A stretch of 54,795 nucleotides of DNA from Mayamaea pseudoterrestris (lineage: Eukaryota): positions 868,001 through 922,795 of the forward strand of contig BROI01000013.1 in the NCBI GenBank assembly GCA_027923505.1. Direction: 5' to 3'. Below, one piece after another: positions 1 through 10,900 of this stretch. Every line of letters begins with the position of its first letter. Position 1 is the first letter of the stretch. Below the pieces are notes generated by a model that searched no databases, had not been told where the DNA came from, and worked only from the letters and a program-made list of their open reading frames with translations. The translations under genes and the position numbers were made by a program.

Positions 1-3000
1 TGTGTCGCTGTGGAGACAATGGGCACGATGGTGCAGAACGAACTTGGTTTAACAGCATACAAGTCGGTAGTTTTCTCTTTTGGTGCGATATACTTTCGAC
101 AATGACGCTTCTTACGGAAATATCTTTCATTAACAAAAGCGGCTTTGCGGCGGCATCGATTACTATTTACTTGGACCAATTCGGAATTCCGGTGAGTACG
201 ACCTGTATATCAACGCTTGTCGAGCGCAACATAGTCATGTGCACTGATTCTTTGATGCGCAATGTCGACAGTCGGATGGTCTCGACGAAGTAAATCAAGC
301 AGTGCCGGTGGAAGCAGATCTTGTTCTCCTAGTTGCCATTTGCAAGACGGCTCGGGTCGCGCGGTTTATTCGGTCCAATACGGCTCTCACAATTTCCAGC
401 AAGGTTAATTGGTTCGCCTTGGTCAATCTCCTCAACCCATGTTGGTATTTGAGGGCCGTGATCCGGGCAATGGTGCTTGTCTGTGACTCCTGCGTCTCGT
501 CGCGACGCAAAAATCGCAATGACCGACAGTCATCGGCGATGGACGATTTTTCGTCCAACGGTCTGGGAAAAGAGGACGAATCCCGCTTTCGACGCTCATC
601 TTGGGGTGCGCTGGGGCTTGGAGCTCTGGCTGCCATACGCGAAAAGAATAGCACACTGGCAGATGTCCAGGTTGGTGTTAAATCTTGGCCGATCAGGGCG
701 ATGCGATTTATTGGATTGGCTCCTGCCAGTGATGAACAGTGGAGGCGCCATGTGGCTGCGACTAAAATTCAGCGTCTATGGCGACGGTACAAAGGAATGG
801 ATCCTGACTACCTTCTCGAGAGTGGCACAGGCTGGAAGCCTCTTGGTCGCGCGTCAAAGACAACGGATCAGGCATTACAGAAGAAATCGTCCATAATGCA
901 CTTCTCTATCTCACGCGCTTTACCTGGTAGACGAGGCACTACCACAGCATCAGCTGCTGCAACGAAACCCTTAAATAGAAGTGGACGAAAGACTGTCAAC
1001 CGGGAGTCCCAGGTTGGTACGGCTATGCGCGAGCTGACTGGACAGAGAGTCGCCATTGGCATCATTATTGGTTTGCTTTTGACTGTGCTGTTTACCTACA
1101 CGGAGGTTGATGCGACACGCCCAGCAACAATGATCGTTCTGCATAATCAGACGTCTTATCCTGCGTTTGCCAACCGCTCGCTCGAGGCGGCTATGAGCAG
1201 CTCCATTCCAGATCTTTACACGTACGTATTGGCCAACGGTCAGATCAAGAATTTTTCTATTTCCGAAATGCAGGCTGGAGAACGAGCCTTGCGCCCAAGA
1301 GAAACTTTAATTGTGACTATTCAAGGATATGACGGAAGCGCGACGACTGGCAAATTTGCGTTAAAGGACGAGCGACAGGAAGAAGCCCTTGTCGCGCTAC
1401 TATCAACCATTTTTATTCTTGTCGTTTGGTTTTTCGGGGTAACGGCGTTTGCAGGCCCAGTCATGGTACTCGTCGTCATTCCCATAGAGCGCATGGTTCG
1501 ACTCCTTGGGATGCTGATGGTGGATCCGCTTGGTTATGAAAATTCGCCGCGTTATAAGAACTTTATGAAAGAGGAGGATCAAATAACAAAAAACACTCGT
1601 TGGACTAAAGAAGTTTTGAAAGGAATGGAAACGTCGTTCCTTATGTCAACGATTCTGCGCATCGGATCACTCATGAAGGTCGGCTTTGGTAGCGCCGGCG
1701 TCGAAATTATTCGGAACAATCTTGAGAAGGGACAAAACAAGAACAATCTGGCCTTGAATTCGCAGGGTTCAAGTGTTTCTTGTATTTTCCTCTTTTGTGA
1801 TATTCGTCAGTTCACTGACGCGACTGTTCTTGCACGAAGAGGTTTTCGTTTTTACAAATAGAATGCCGCCGTAGTGCATTCAATCGTCACTGCATATGGT
1901 GGTTCTGCGAATAAAAATATTGGCGACGCATTTCTTTTGGCTGGCGACTGGACAAGCTGACCAGGACAACACTTTTGGCGGCGACGAGGAGACATACACA
2001 GCACATCACAACCAAGCCGACAAGGCTCTACTTGCTTGGTGAAGATATGCTGCCTTGCCGTTCGACGACTTTTACATTTCCACCACGAGCGAAAATGCTC
2101 GCGCAGCCCTTCTCGTAAATTTGCAAAAAAGAAATGGTTTGGTCAGATGGGGTTCGGTCTGCTGCGGAAGCTTGCAGGGCTTGGGTCGCAACGTAAAATT
2201 GACGCGACTTATATTTCCGCCACGTCGAACGGCTGGGTTTTGGAATCCTCGACAAAGGAGTATGGCGTCAACATGTTAATGTCCGACGCTTTCATCGTCT
2301 CCTTCACCCAAGCACCCGTCGCCGGTGCCGCAAGGTTGACCAACTACTTCTTTTAGAAGACGACGTTGACTTTGCTGAGATTACTTTGACGATGCAAATG
2401 CCCCGTCTCATTGGCTCTTCCTTCGACATGGATATTAATGCACTTTGGCGAGCACCGAAAAAGAAGGGACAGCGAGATGGCGGTGAATCGGACTCCTGTA
2501 CAGGTTCTCAACGGGGTTTCTTCTCGACGAGATCTGACGAGAATATCGGGTGGCGTGGTGGAAGGAGTTCGACGACGCAGCGTCATGACTATCAATGGAG
2601 AGAAGTGAAGACTTGAGCGACACATTCCCTGGAGCGACAGGAACTGGGCAGGGCGCACAAGGGCAATCGGAGATGATAAAGCCTGGTGTTGGTCCTTTCT
2701 ACAGGACCGGCAATCTACAATGCGAATGTGTGGGTGAATGAGGACTTTGCGAAAGAAAGGGCCGCGCTTTTCAGATGGTCTCTTTTTCCAGAAATTTAGC
2801 TCTGGCTTGCAAGCTTTCTACTCAAGGGTTGGGATTTTGCAAAGCAGTGTTTTTCAACAGATTTTGGATCGTTTTGAAGATGGACCATCTCGGCACTTTT
2901 TGAATCAGATTGGTGAGCACAGCGGCGTGCCTCTAAAGGCTTTAAAGGTGGCATTCAGAGTAGCACCCAGCGTTGTCATTGTCGGCCCTACTGATACAAA

Positions 3001-3013
3001 CAGACGTGAATAA
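1..3013 (+). CDS. Ion-channel-linked class III adenylyl cyclase (Paramecium/Plasmodium AC-alpha-like architecture); 5'-partial; frameshifted after ~1830
   Basis: ORF 302-1861 has an S4-like stretch (KTARVARFIRS), an IQ-like motif (AATKIQRLWRR), ESQVG..MRELT..RVAIGII, TM helices and the cyclase start CIFLFCDIRQFTDAT. Other frames continue with GGSANKNIGDAFLL, GSQRKIDATYIS, LESSTKEYGVNMLMS and FEDGPS. Exon structure not resolved. Confidence 0.8.
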
Positions 3014-4173
3014 TATATTGTAATAAGTTTAGGTTGGCATCATTTTTTGCAGCCGCGTTTTACTGAACATGCCTTTCGCACTTCCAACCTGCGAAGGAAG
3101 TAGGAAGTAGTACTCAAGTTGCGAAGTCCCATTCACAAGGTTGCCAACCACTGCGCATGGAAAGAGTAGTGTAAGTTTATATCACTGAATTCCGCAACCA
3201 TGGAATGGAAATGTCGAGAGAGCACCAGGCAAAGAAACCGTGGAAGAAAAGACCGAAACAACCTCAGCGGATACAAACGAGTACATGCCGAGCACCGGAA
3301 CAAACTATCACCACTTGGTGTCAATCGTTTTTCTCGCTATGTGCCTTGCTAATGAACTCCTTCGTTATTCTCGCATCTGCATGGGTGACTGCTATGTAAC
3401 GTTGCGCCACGGATAAATCTATGGACGCAGCGACGTACCGAAAAAGATGCGAGTCACATCATTCCTCATTCATGCCTAATTTCCATAGCAAAAGTTACGC
3501 CAAAGTGAGAAAGGAAAGTGTGGCAGAAATACAAGCGTCATCAGGCGGTATATGAACACCGATAAAGTTAGCGATTTCGTCGTCACTCTGGCATCTCGGG
3601 AGTCCGATCATGGTATAAAATGCATCGTCGTCGGCATGGTGCAACATGCTATCCGCCAGGCGTTAAAGCAGCTAACTTTCGTACCTGATTACTTAGCGAT
3701 CGTCCATGGGGCACCGGTATTGCCAGTTGACAGAAACGATGAATGGCACGCGGATGAGACAATACTGGCTGGAGCCTCGTGCTACTGTTTTCTGCTTATC
3801 CTCATTTTCGCATCACAAGTTTGGATGCCTGGGTTCATCAGTCGCTGGTCCGGATATGACAAGGCAGCTTGCTCGATCATGCAGTCTGATGCGTCAACGC
3901 ACCCGGGACGAGAAGTTTGTGAAAGGTTTGAACTTTTTCGTGGTCTTCATGCAGTCGCGGTTTCTGTCGTAAGCTTAACCGGTACGACATCTCCACCCTT
4001 GCCCGTGGATGATGACGCATGTGCCAATGTCAGCCGTTTTTCACGCCGCACGCAGCGCTGCCGCGGAGCGGCCTCGTTCGATTTGGCTCTCGTTTCTCCG
4101 TTCATCATTATTTGGTAAGAACAAGTTGGCCGCGTGCCGACCGTTCAGTTTTTGCAACCTTAACTTATTGACC

Positions 4174-5190
4174 ATGTCGCGTCCAAAACAAGCGCCTGGA
4201 AGCCCCGCTGCCCGCCGGACGGTGTTTGGGGAGCCTCGACAAGCGAAATTTTCGATTCTCGGTCTGGCGGTATTGCAGCTTGACCACGATCATGAGGACG
4301 AGAAGCAAATACCGCGCAAACGCTTCGACAATGCTATTACCATCGATCTTCCTCGCGATTTCAACCATTGCTGTTTCAGTTGCTTGTCTTCAAGGCTGAT
4401 ACTGGAAACTTTCATAAGAGGAACAGCCGCTGTTGCATTCTCTTTCTGCTATTATACATCAAGAAGGAATTCAAATTATCAAATAGTCAGCCGCATGACT
4501 TGACGGCAGACCTAAGTAAGGTGCTCGAGCATTTGCACGTTCCTCTGACGGTCGCGGAGATGATCTACTGGGTTCCTTCTACGACTTGCTTGTCGGTTAT
4601 CGGGAGAAACACGGACACGTATTGGTACCTCGTCTCAGTGAGGTTGGACTCAGTGATTGGTCACCGATATGCGCGAGCAGTACAAGGCTCTGTAAGAGTA
4701 CCAGTCGATTTGTATATTTGAACTTGTTCTACAACGTTTGCAATCATATCTGTGGTTATTCACAGGAAGACGGGTCCAGGTTTCCCAGCTCACGGATGAT
4801 CGACGTGTAGCTGGGCAACGTTCGTCTGGCAAAGTGCAGTCGTCCCAATGGGACGCGCGATATAAACCTTGGTGCAAAGGTACGCCGTCTTTGTGTTTGC
4901 TATTGCTGACAATGCGCCACGACCACTGTCAGAGTGGAGCTGACTCGTCGGTGTTTCGCGTTGTAAAGGCGGTTCATGGAGACTGCAAGGTGCCTCAGCA
5001 TTACAAAGGAGAATCGGGCGCTTGGGAAATGGACGGCAAAGCAGAGGGAACAATACAAAGAAAATGAAAGAAAGGAGAACATTCATTTCTGACGCATATC
5101 GCTTGGAAAAGCGAGCAGCTCGGCTTTCTTGGCAAATTCGCACGTCCTTGGATCCTGATGATGCCGGCAGTTTCCAGCTTTGCATGACGT
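4174..5190 (+). CDS. Helicase-associated (HA) domain protein, frameshifted or degraded
   Basis: Two HA-like fragments in different frames: YREKHGHVLVPR...LSDW and AVHGDCKVPQHYK...W..KQR.QYK. Boundaries are approximate. Confidence 0.5.
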
Positions 5191-6074
5191 AGTGCCAGTC
5201 AAGGTGGAAACGAACATGAAGTCAGTGGTAGATTCAGAGGCTCATCGAGATTCACCATGCGCATGTGCTTCAGTAAATGTCTAAAACGCTTTCGCTAGGG
5301 CCTGCTCGTGTTGGGACAGCAGCGCGTGTATTACTGGTACTGGCAGTTAGAGGTTAAAACAGTTTGATAGGTTGACTGTATATTGCTTACAAGAGTGTAT
5401 GGATATACAATCTTGGAATGCCTGTGGTTGGAGCGACGTGCTGCGATGCCATTTTGAAGAAGCACTGTTATGTGCGGTAAGATGGGACCAGTGTGCGCCG
5501 TACGATGATCACCGCGCACACCCTATCGTCATATGCCCGTTGCTCTGTTTGGAATTGTATCCGACGAAAGCGTTACTAGTTGTTGGGTTCTATTTCAGCT
5601 TCTGTCTTGCAGTAATATAGCATGAATAAAGTTCTTCAATAGGGTAGCAGCAATGCAAACAGATCTTCCACCATGTCTGCTAATCTTTACGTTCGTTCTG
5701 GGACATTCACGTATATGACCAAATAATCAAGACTGCATTGGTTGAGGTCTATCCATCAACTTCTCCAGCATTTGGGCCAGGGTTATATACAAAGGATACT
5801 CTGCCTTGTAGACCCCAACCACGAAGTCAAGCGTCGTTCATTTTATCAGAGTCATGGGTGGGATGTATGTATTCAGTAGAACTGCAACTGCGTGTTTTTA
5901 CCTTTCCATCACCTTCCAGTTGGTACTGTTAATTGTGATCAGAAGCTAAGCTTAGCGTTTTGATGACGGCATTCGGTGACGCTTGAGTGGCGACGGCAGT
6001 CGGCAATGATATCATACACGGCGCTGGCACCTGAGCGGTGCTTTAAACTACAACGACAAGCAAGTGTTTCAGCC

Positions 6075-6733
6075 TGTCGTTTACCCCGGACTGGTGGTAC
6101 AGTATAGCGAGCCCTAGGTATGTGTTACTATGGCGAAATGTTAACAAGTGTTTTGCACAATGTCCTGACTTACCAGCGAACCTCCATTTCCATCCGTCGT
6201 CCTTCGTTGCGTGTGCACAGGACTCTACCATAAGAATGCCAAGATTCTCTTTCTCGGGCTCGACAATGGAAAGGCTACCTTGCTGCTACTATGCTAAGAA
6301 CCATGTTCAGGTGCATGTTCCGACACTTCATCCGAGCAGTTGAGCTTGTATTGGCAATATCAAATTCTGGCGTTTGATGGTCTCAGCGGACTAGGACAAT
6401 GATCGATTGTGGCAGGATATTTTCCTGTTGATGGAGTAGTGTATTGGTGGATCTGGTGTGACCGTAGTGTTCCAGGAGTAGAGGAGCTTAACTGCTCAGA
6501 GGAGCTGCAAGACGTTCCATTCTTGGTGCTCGGTAATAAGATCGATATGCCCCATAGCATCGGAGGAAGAGCTAAAGTACGCGCTTGGCTTAATGGACAC
6601 GTATGGTAAAGACAAGGTCCGGATGCGCAATCGGCAGTTTCGTCCCATCGAGCTGTACATGTGTTCGTCTGTTTGAAAAGTGGGTTATACCCTGATAAGC
6701 TTCGTCTGGCTCCTCTCCAGTTCTTGACCGTAA
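6075..6733 (+). CDS. SAR1: Small GTPase Sar1 (COPII); frameshifts probably from sequence error
   Basis: [16 protein letters not shown] after an AG acceptor at ~6220, then [48 protein letters not shown] and QFLT. Probable GT-AG intron 6118-6220. Confidence 0.85.
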
Positions 6734-6741
6734 ATAAGTTA

Positions 6742-6764
6742 AGAAGAGAGAGAGAGAAGAAGAA
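6742..6764 (+). repeat. (GA)n/(GAA)n microsatellite
   Basis: agaagagagagagagaagaagaa. Confidence 0.7.
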
Positions 6765-7082
6765 AGCTACTAGGTGTTACTGATGGATTGTGATGGGATT
6801 ACTTTTGGTTTGCTGCATCGTGCACATTGATATCGTGACTTTAATGCCTTATTTCTTAGCTTTTGCGCGACTCGCTACACGATTTTATACCAGAATCCGA
6901 TCGACCGTCACGCTCTGCCCATGATTTGCCGCGCCTGTCCTGGTCGCGCGCGAAGCCGTTCGAACAGCAACCGCACAACGCAACCAATAAACAAACAAAC
7001 AAACAAGCAGCAGCAGAAGCTGGCCGCAAGGCGCGCGAATACCGAGCAAGCAGGGAGGCAAACCAGAGGAACAGACACCCGA

Positions 7083-7852
7083 GCAATCAAGCGAATTAAC
7101 AAGCAAGCAGGCGCGTGGACGACCGACCGACTGCTCCAGCAAGCCATTTAATTAGCAAGCAGGCAAGCGAGCAAATTAACAAGCAAGCAGGCGATTTAAT
7201 AAGCAAGCAGGCGAGTGGACGACCGACTGATGGCTCCAGCACGCCATTTAATTAGCAAGCAGGCAAGCGAGCGACTTAAAAAGCAAGCGGGCGAGGCGGA
7301 CACCGACCCGACTGGCCGACCGACCGCTGCTCGAGCACGCCATTTTATTAGCAAGCAGGCAAGCGAGCAAATTAACAAGCAAGCAGGCGATTTAATAAGC
7401 AAGCAGGCGAGTGGACGACCGACTGATGGCTCCAGCACGCCATTTAATTAGCAAGCAGGCAAGCGAGCGACTTAAAAAGCAAGCGGGCGAGTGGACAACC
7501 GACCGTCTGGACGACCGACCGACTGCTCCAGCAAGCCATTTAATTAGCAAGCAGGCAAGCGAGCGATTTAACAAGCAAGCAAGCAATTTAATAAGCAAGC
7601 AGGCGAGTGGACGACCGACCGACTGCTCCATCAAGCCATTTAATTAGCAAGCAGGCAAGCGAGCGAGTTATTAAGCAAGTGGACGACCGACCGACTGCTC
7701 CAGCAAGCCATTTAATTAGCAAGCAGGCGAACGAGCGAGTGACTAAGCAAGCAGGCGAGTGGACGACCGACCGACTACTCCAGCAAGCCATTTAATTAGC
7801 AAGCGGGCGAGCGAGCGATTTAATAAGCAAGCAAGTCAATAAGCAAGCAAGC
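7083..7852 (+). repeat. AAGC-rich tandem repeat, ~70-98 bp monomers forming a 196-bp dimer, directly upstream of the LINE ORF
   Basis: CCATTTAATTAGCAAGCAGGCAAGCGAGC and GTGGACGACCGACCGACTGCTCCAGC recur about 8 times. Near-identical ORFs at 7215, 7411 and 7607 give the 196-bp period. Confidence 0.9.
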
Positions 7853-7908
7853 ACACATGCACGGAGGTTAAGATTTAACCACGTAAACAAATCAGCCAGC
7901 AATCTACC

Positions 7909-10900
7909 ATGGTGGAAAGTGTTGGCATAAATAAGCACCGAAGCATGGGAAGAGCTGGACGACCTTCCCGGAATGCTCCTGTAAGTCCCTCCTCTTTAAC
8001 GGCAGCCGAGAAAAGAGGAGTATTTGGACATGCACTAGTGGCTCCAGCAAGTGATCATGTTTGGTTACTGTTTGTTAACATTGGTGGGTTGTCGGCGGTT
8101 CCAGTATGTCAAGTGTGGCGACCTTGCGGTAGTTGTAAAGACTGCTTAATAAGATCCAAAGTTAACGAACTGCGTGTGGATGTGTTGGGTCTGTCCGAGG
8201 TGAACGTGAATTGGCGGCATGTGGCATCGCATCAGCGGTTGGAGCACAGGTCAAAGGGCTGGTTTGAAGCATGTCGAATCTCGTCTGCCTGCTTTGACGG
8301 ATATCCAGGTCACAAGTCTGCAGTGTTGTACGGCGGAACATCTATATGGAGCGTCAACAAGATGGCAACCCGAGTGGACTTTCAGCTGACAATCCGCGAC
8401 TCTTTGGGCAGATGGAGTGGCCATGGGTTTCGAGGAAGGCATGGAGCAGTTCTGGTGGCGTTAGTGGCGTATCGCCCAGTGGTTAACAAGAGTGGTGCCG
8501 AGTCAGTTTGGAGTCAGCAATACGCCCATTTTGCAGGCAAAGGCCAAGAGGTGGATCCTATAGCACGGTTTGACAGTGACCTGCAGGCAGTCATCCGCCA
8601 GCTCCAGAGCAACAACTGCCATATAGTCTTGGGCATTGATGCTAATGAAGATTTGGCTAAGGACAGCAGTGTCTTCCGGGGGAAGATGGAGGAATTGGGG
8701 CTCCTGGAAACGATCCTCCAACAACACGGACCAGGACCTCCGACCATGTCTCGCGGTAGCACAAAAATTGATGGCTTGTTTGTGTCACCGTCACTCCAAG
8801 GCCTCAAATGCGGGTACACCGGCTGGATTGCAGATCACACGGGGCTATTTATGGATGTTCCAATGCATGTAGCCCTGGGTCACTCCGTTCCACCAATCCT
8901 GCGCCCAGCCATGCGCCGTCTCAAGCTGCAAGATCCACGGGTAGTGGCTGCTTACTTGGCTTCCTACAAGGCGTCTTTGTTGGCAGCATCCAGCATACCT
9001 GCTATGGCAGAGTTATGGGCCAAGGCAAAGCAACGATACCATCCACGTCAAACTGGCAGCTGCTTTCAGGAGTGGGAGCATTCCAAGTACGTTCGGTTGG
9101 ATGCTCAATGCACCATGGCAATGCTGGAGGCTGAGCGTACATGTCGCAAGCTCTTCCTTGGGGCAGTCCCTTGGTCACCGGCATTCTTGGAGTTGCAACG
9201 CTACCAACAGCTTCTATACCTGGTGCTACGCCGGCGACGGGGCCACAAGATCAGATTGGCAACCATCTGGCGCCAAGCCAGGCGCTCCAGGAAGACTGAA
9301 GTTATCAAATGGCCTCGTGCAAAACTGAAACGCGCACTGCTCCGGGTGAACCAGGAGATAAAAGATTTCAAGCAGCAATTAGCACAGCAGTCCCGCCGTA
9401 CGCACAATGAGAAGCTGGTTGAAAGTCTGGCGGCTGCAAAGGGTATGGAGGCAACTGCTATCATCCGCCAAATCATAGTGAGAGAGGAAATGCGTGATAA
9501 CGCTCGTATTATACGGTCTGCCTTGAAGCAAAGCCACAGTGGGGCGGTGGCAATGGTACAATCAACGACCTCGGAAGGTGATCTAGTTACTTGGACTGGC
9601 AAGGAAGATATGGAGGCTGCCATCATGAAGGAGTGCAATGCTAGGTTCCGTCAAGCATCGAATACAGACTTCCTGACTGCACCATTGTATCAACAAGTGG
9701 GCCCCCTTGGTGTGTCTCCATTCTGTGACCGCATGTTAGCAGGCCAGTTGGACGATTCAGATCTTGTGGGTGTCTCTGAGTATGCAATCAAACTGGCACG
9801 CCAACTAGAACGCCCAGCGCCACTCCGTGATCGGTTCTGCCATCCGGTTCCGGATTTGTCAACGTTCCAATATGGCTGGAGAATTCAGAAGGAGCAAACG
9901 GGTGCCTATCCGGGGCGACACTTTGGACACATGATGGCAAATGTGCAGGATCCAGACATTGCTGAGTTTCATCGCCAGCTAGAGTACCTGCCAATGCTTA
10001 CTGGCCGCCCGCCTCCATCCTGGTGTAAGGCTGTTGATGTCATGATTGAGAAAAAGGCCGGCAATTTCCAAGTGGACAAGCTGCGTGCTATCTGTCTGTT
10101 TGACGCAGTAGCCAACCACTGCTTCAAGTACCTAGGCAAGGCAATGATGCTCACTGCAGAAGCTGACGGCTTGCTGGCTAAAGAGCAAGGTGGATCACGC
10201 CGAGGTCATTGCGCTAATTTCATTGGCCTTGAGAAACGCCTCTCATTTGATATGTCTCGCCAACTCCGCCGGCCAATGGCTCTTTGTTCCAATGATGCTC
10301 GCGCCTGCTATGACCGCATTGTTCACGCCGTGGCGGCATTGAGTTTACAGCGTGTTGGAGTTCCAAAACCAGCAGTGATATGCATGTTCTCCACTATCCA
10401 GGGACTGGAGCACAATGTTCGGACCATTTACGGTGACTCCAAAGCATACTTTGGTGGGAGCCAGGATCAGCACTTATATGGAGTTCCGGTCTCAACTATT
10501 GGTCAAGGCAATGGGGCAGGTCCTCAGATCTGGGCATTGGTCTCTACTCCTGTACTAAATATGCTCCGTGCAGAGGGACTCGCAATGGCATACCAAGGGG
10601 CTTTAACTGGCACAACTGTTAGCTTTGTTGGCTACTCCTTTGTTGACGATACCGATCTAGGAATTTGTGCGGCACACCTGCAAGACCCAGCACATGTTGC
10701 AGCAGAAATGCAGCGGTCTCTCGACCATTGGGAAGGAGGACTCCGGGCTACTGGTGGCGCTATAGCTCCTGAGAAAACTTTCTGGTATCTCATGGCATAT
10801 AACTGGCACGCAGATGGCTCTTGGTCTCTCAAGCCAGAAGGTGAATGCCCAGCACAGCTCCAAGTCAGGGACATGCACGGCGTTACTCAGCCAATACAGC

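Noticed and set aside
1830..6733. Pseudogenisation or programmed frameshifting of the cyclase, HA and SAR1 genes
   Set aside because: Dense small deletions across unrelated genes, including the normally essential Sar1, indicate low consensus quality.
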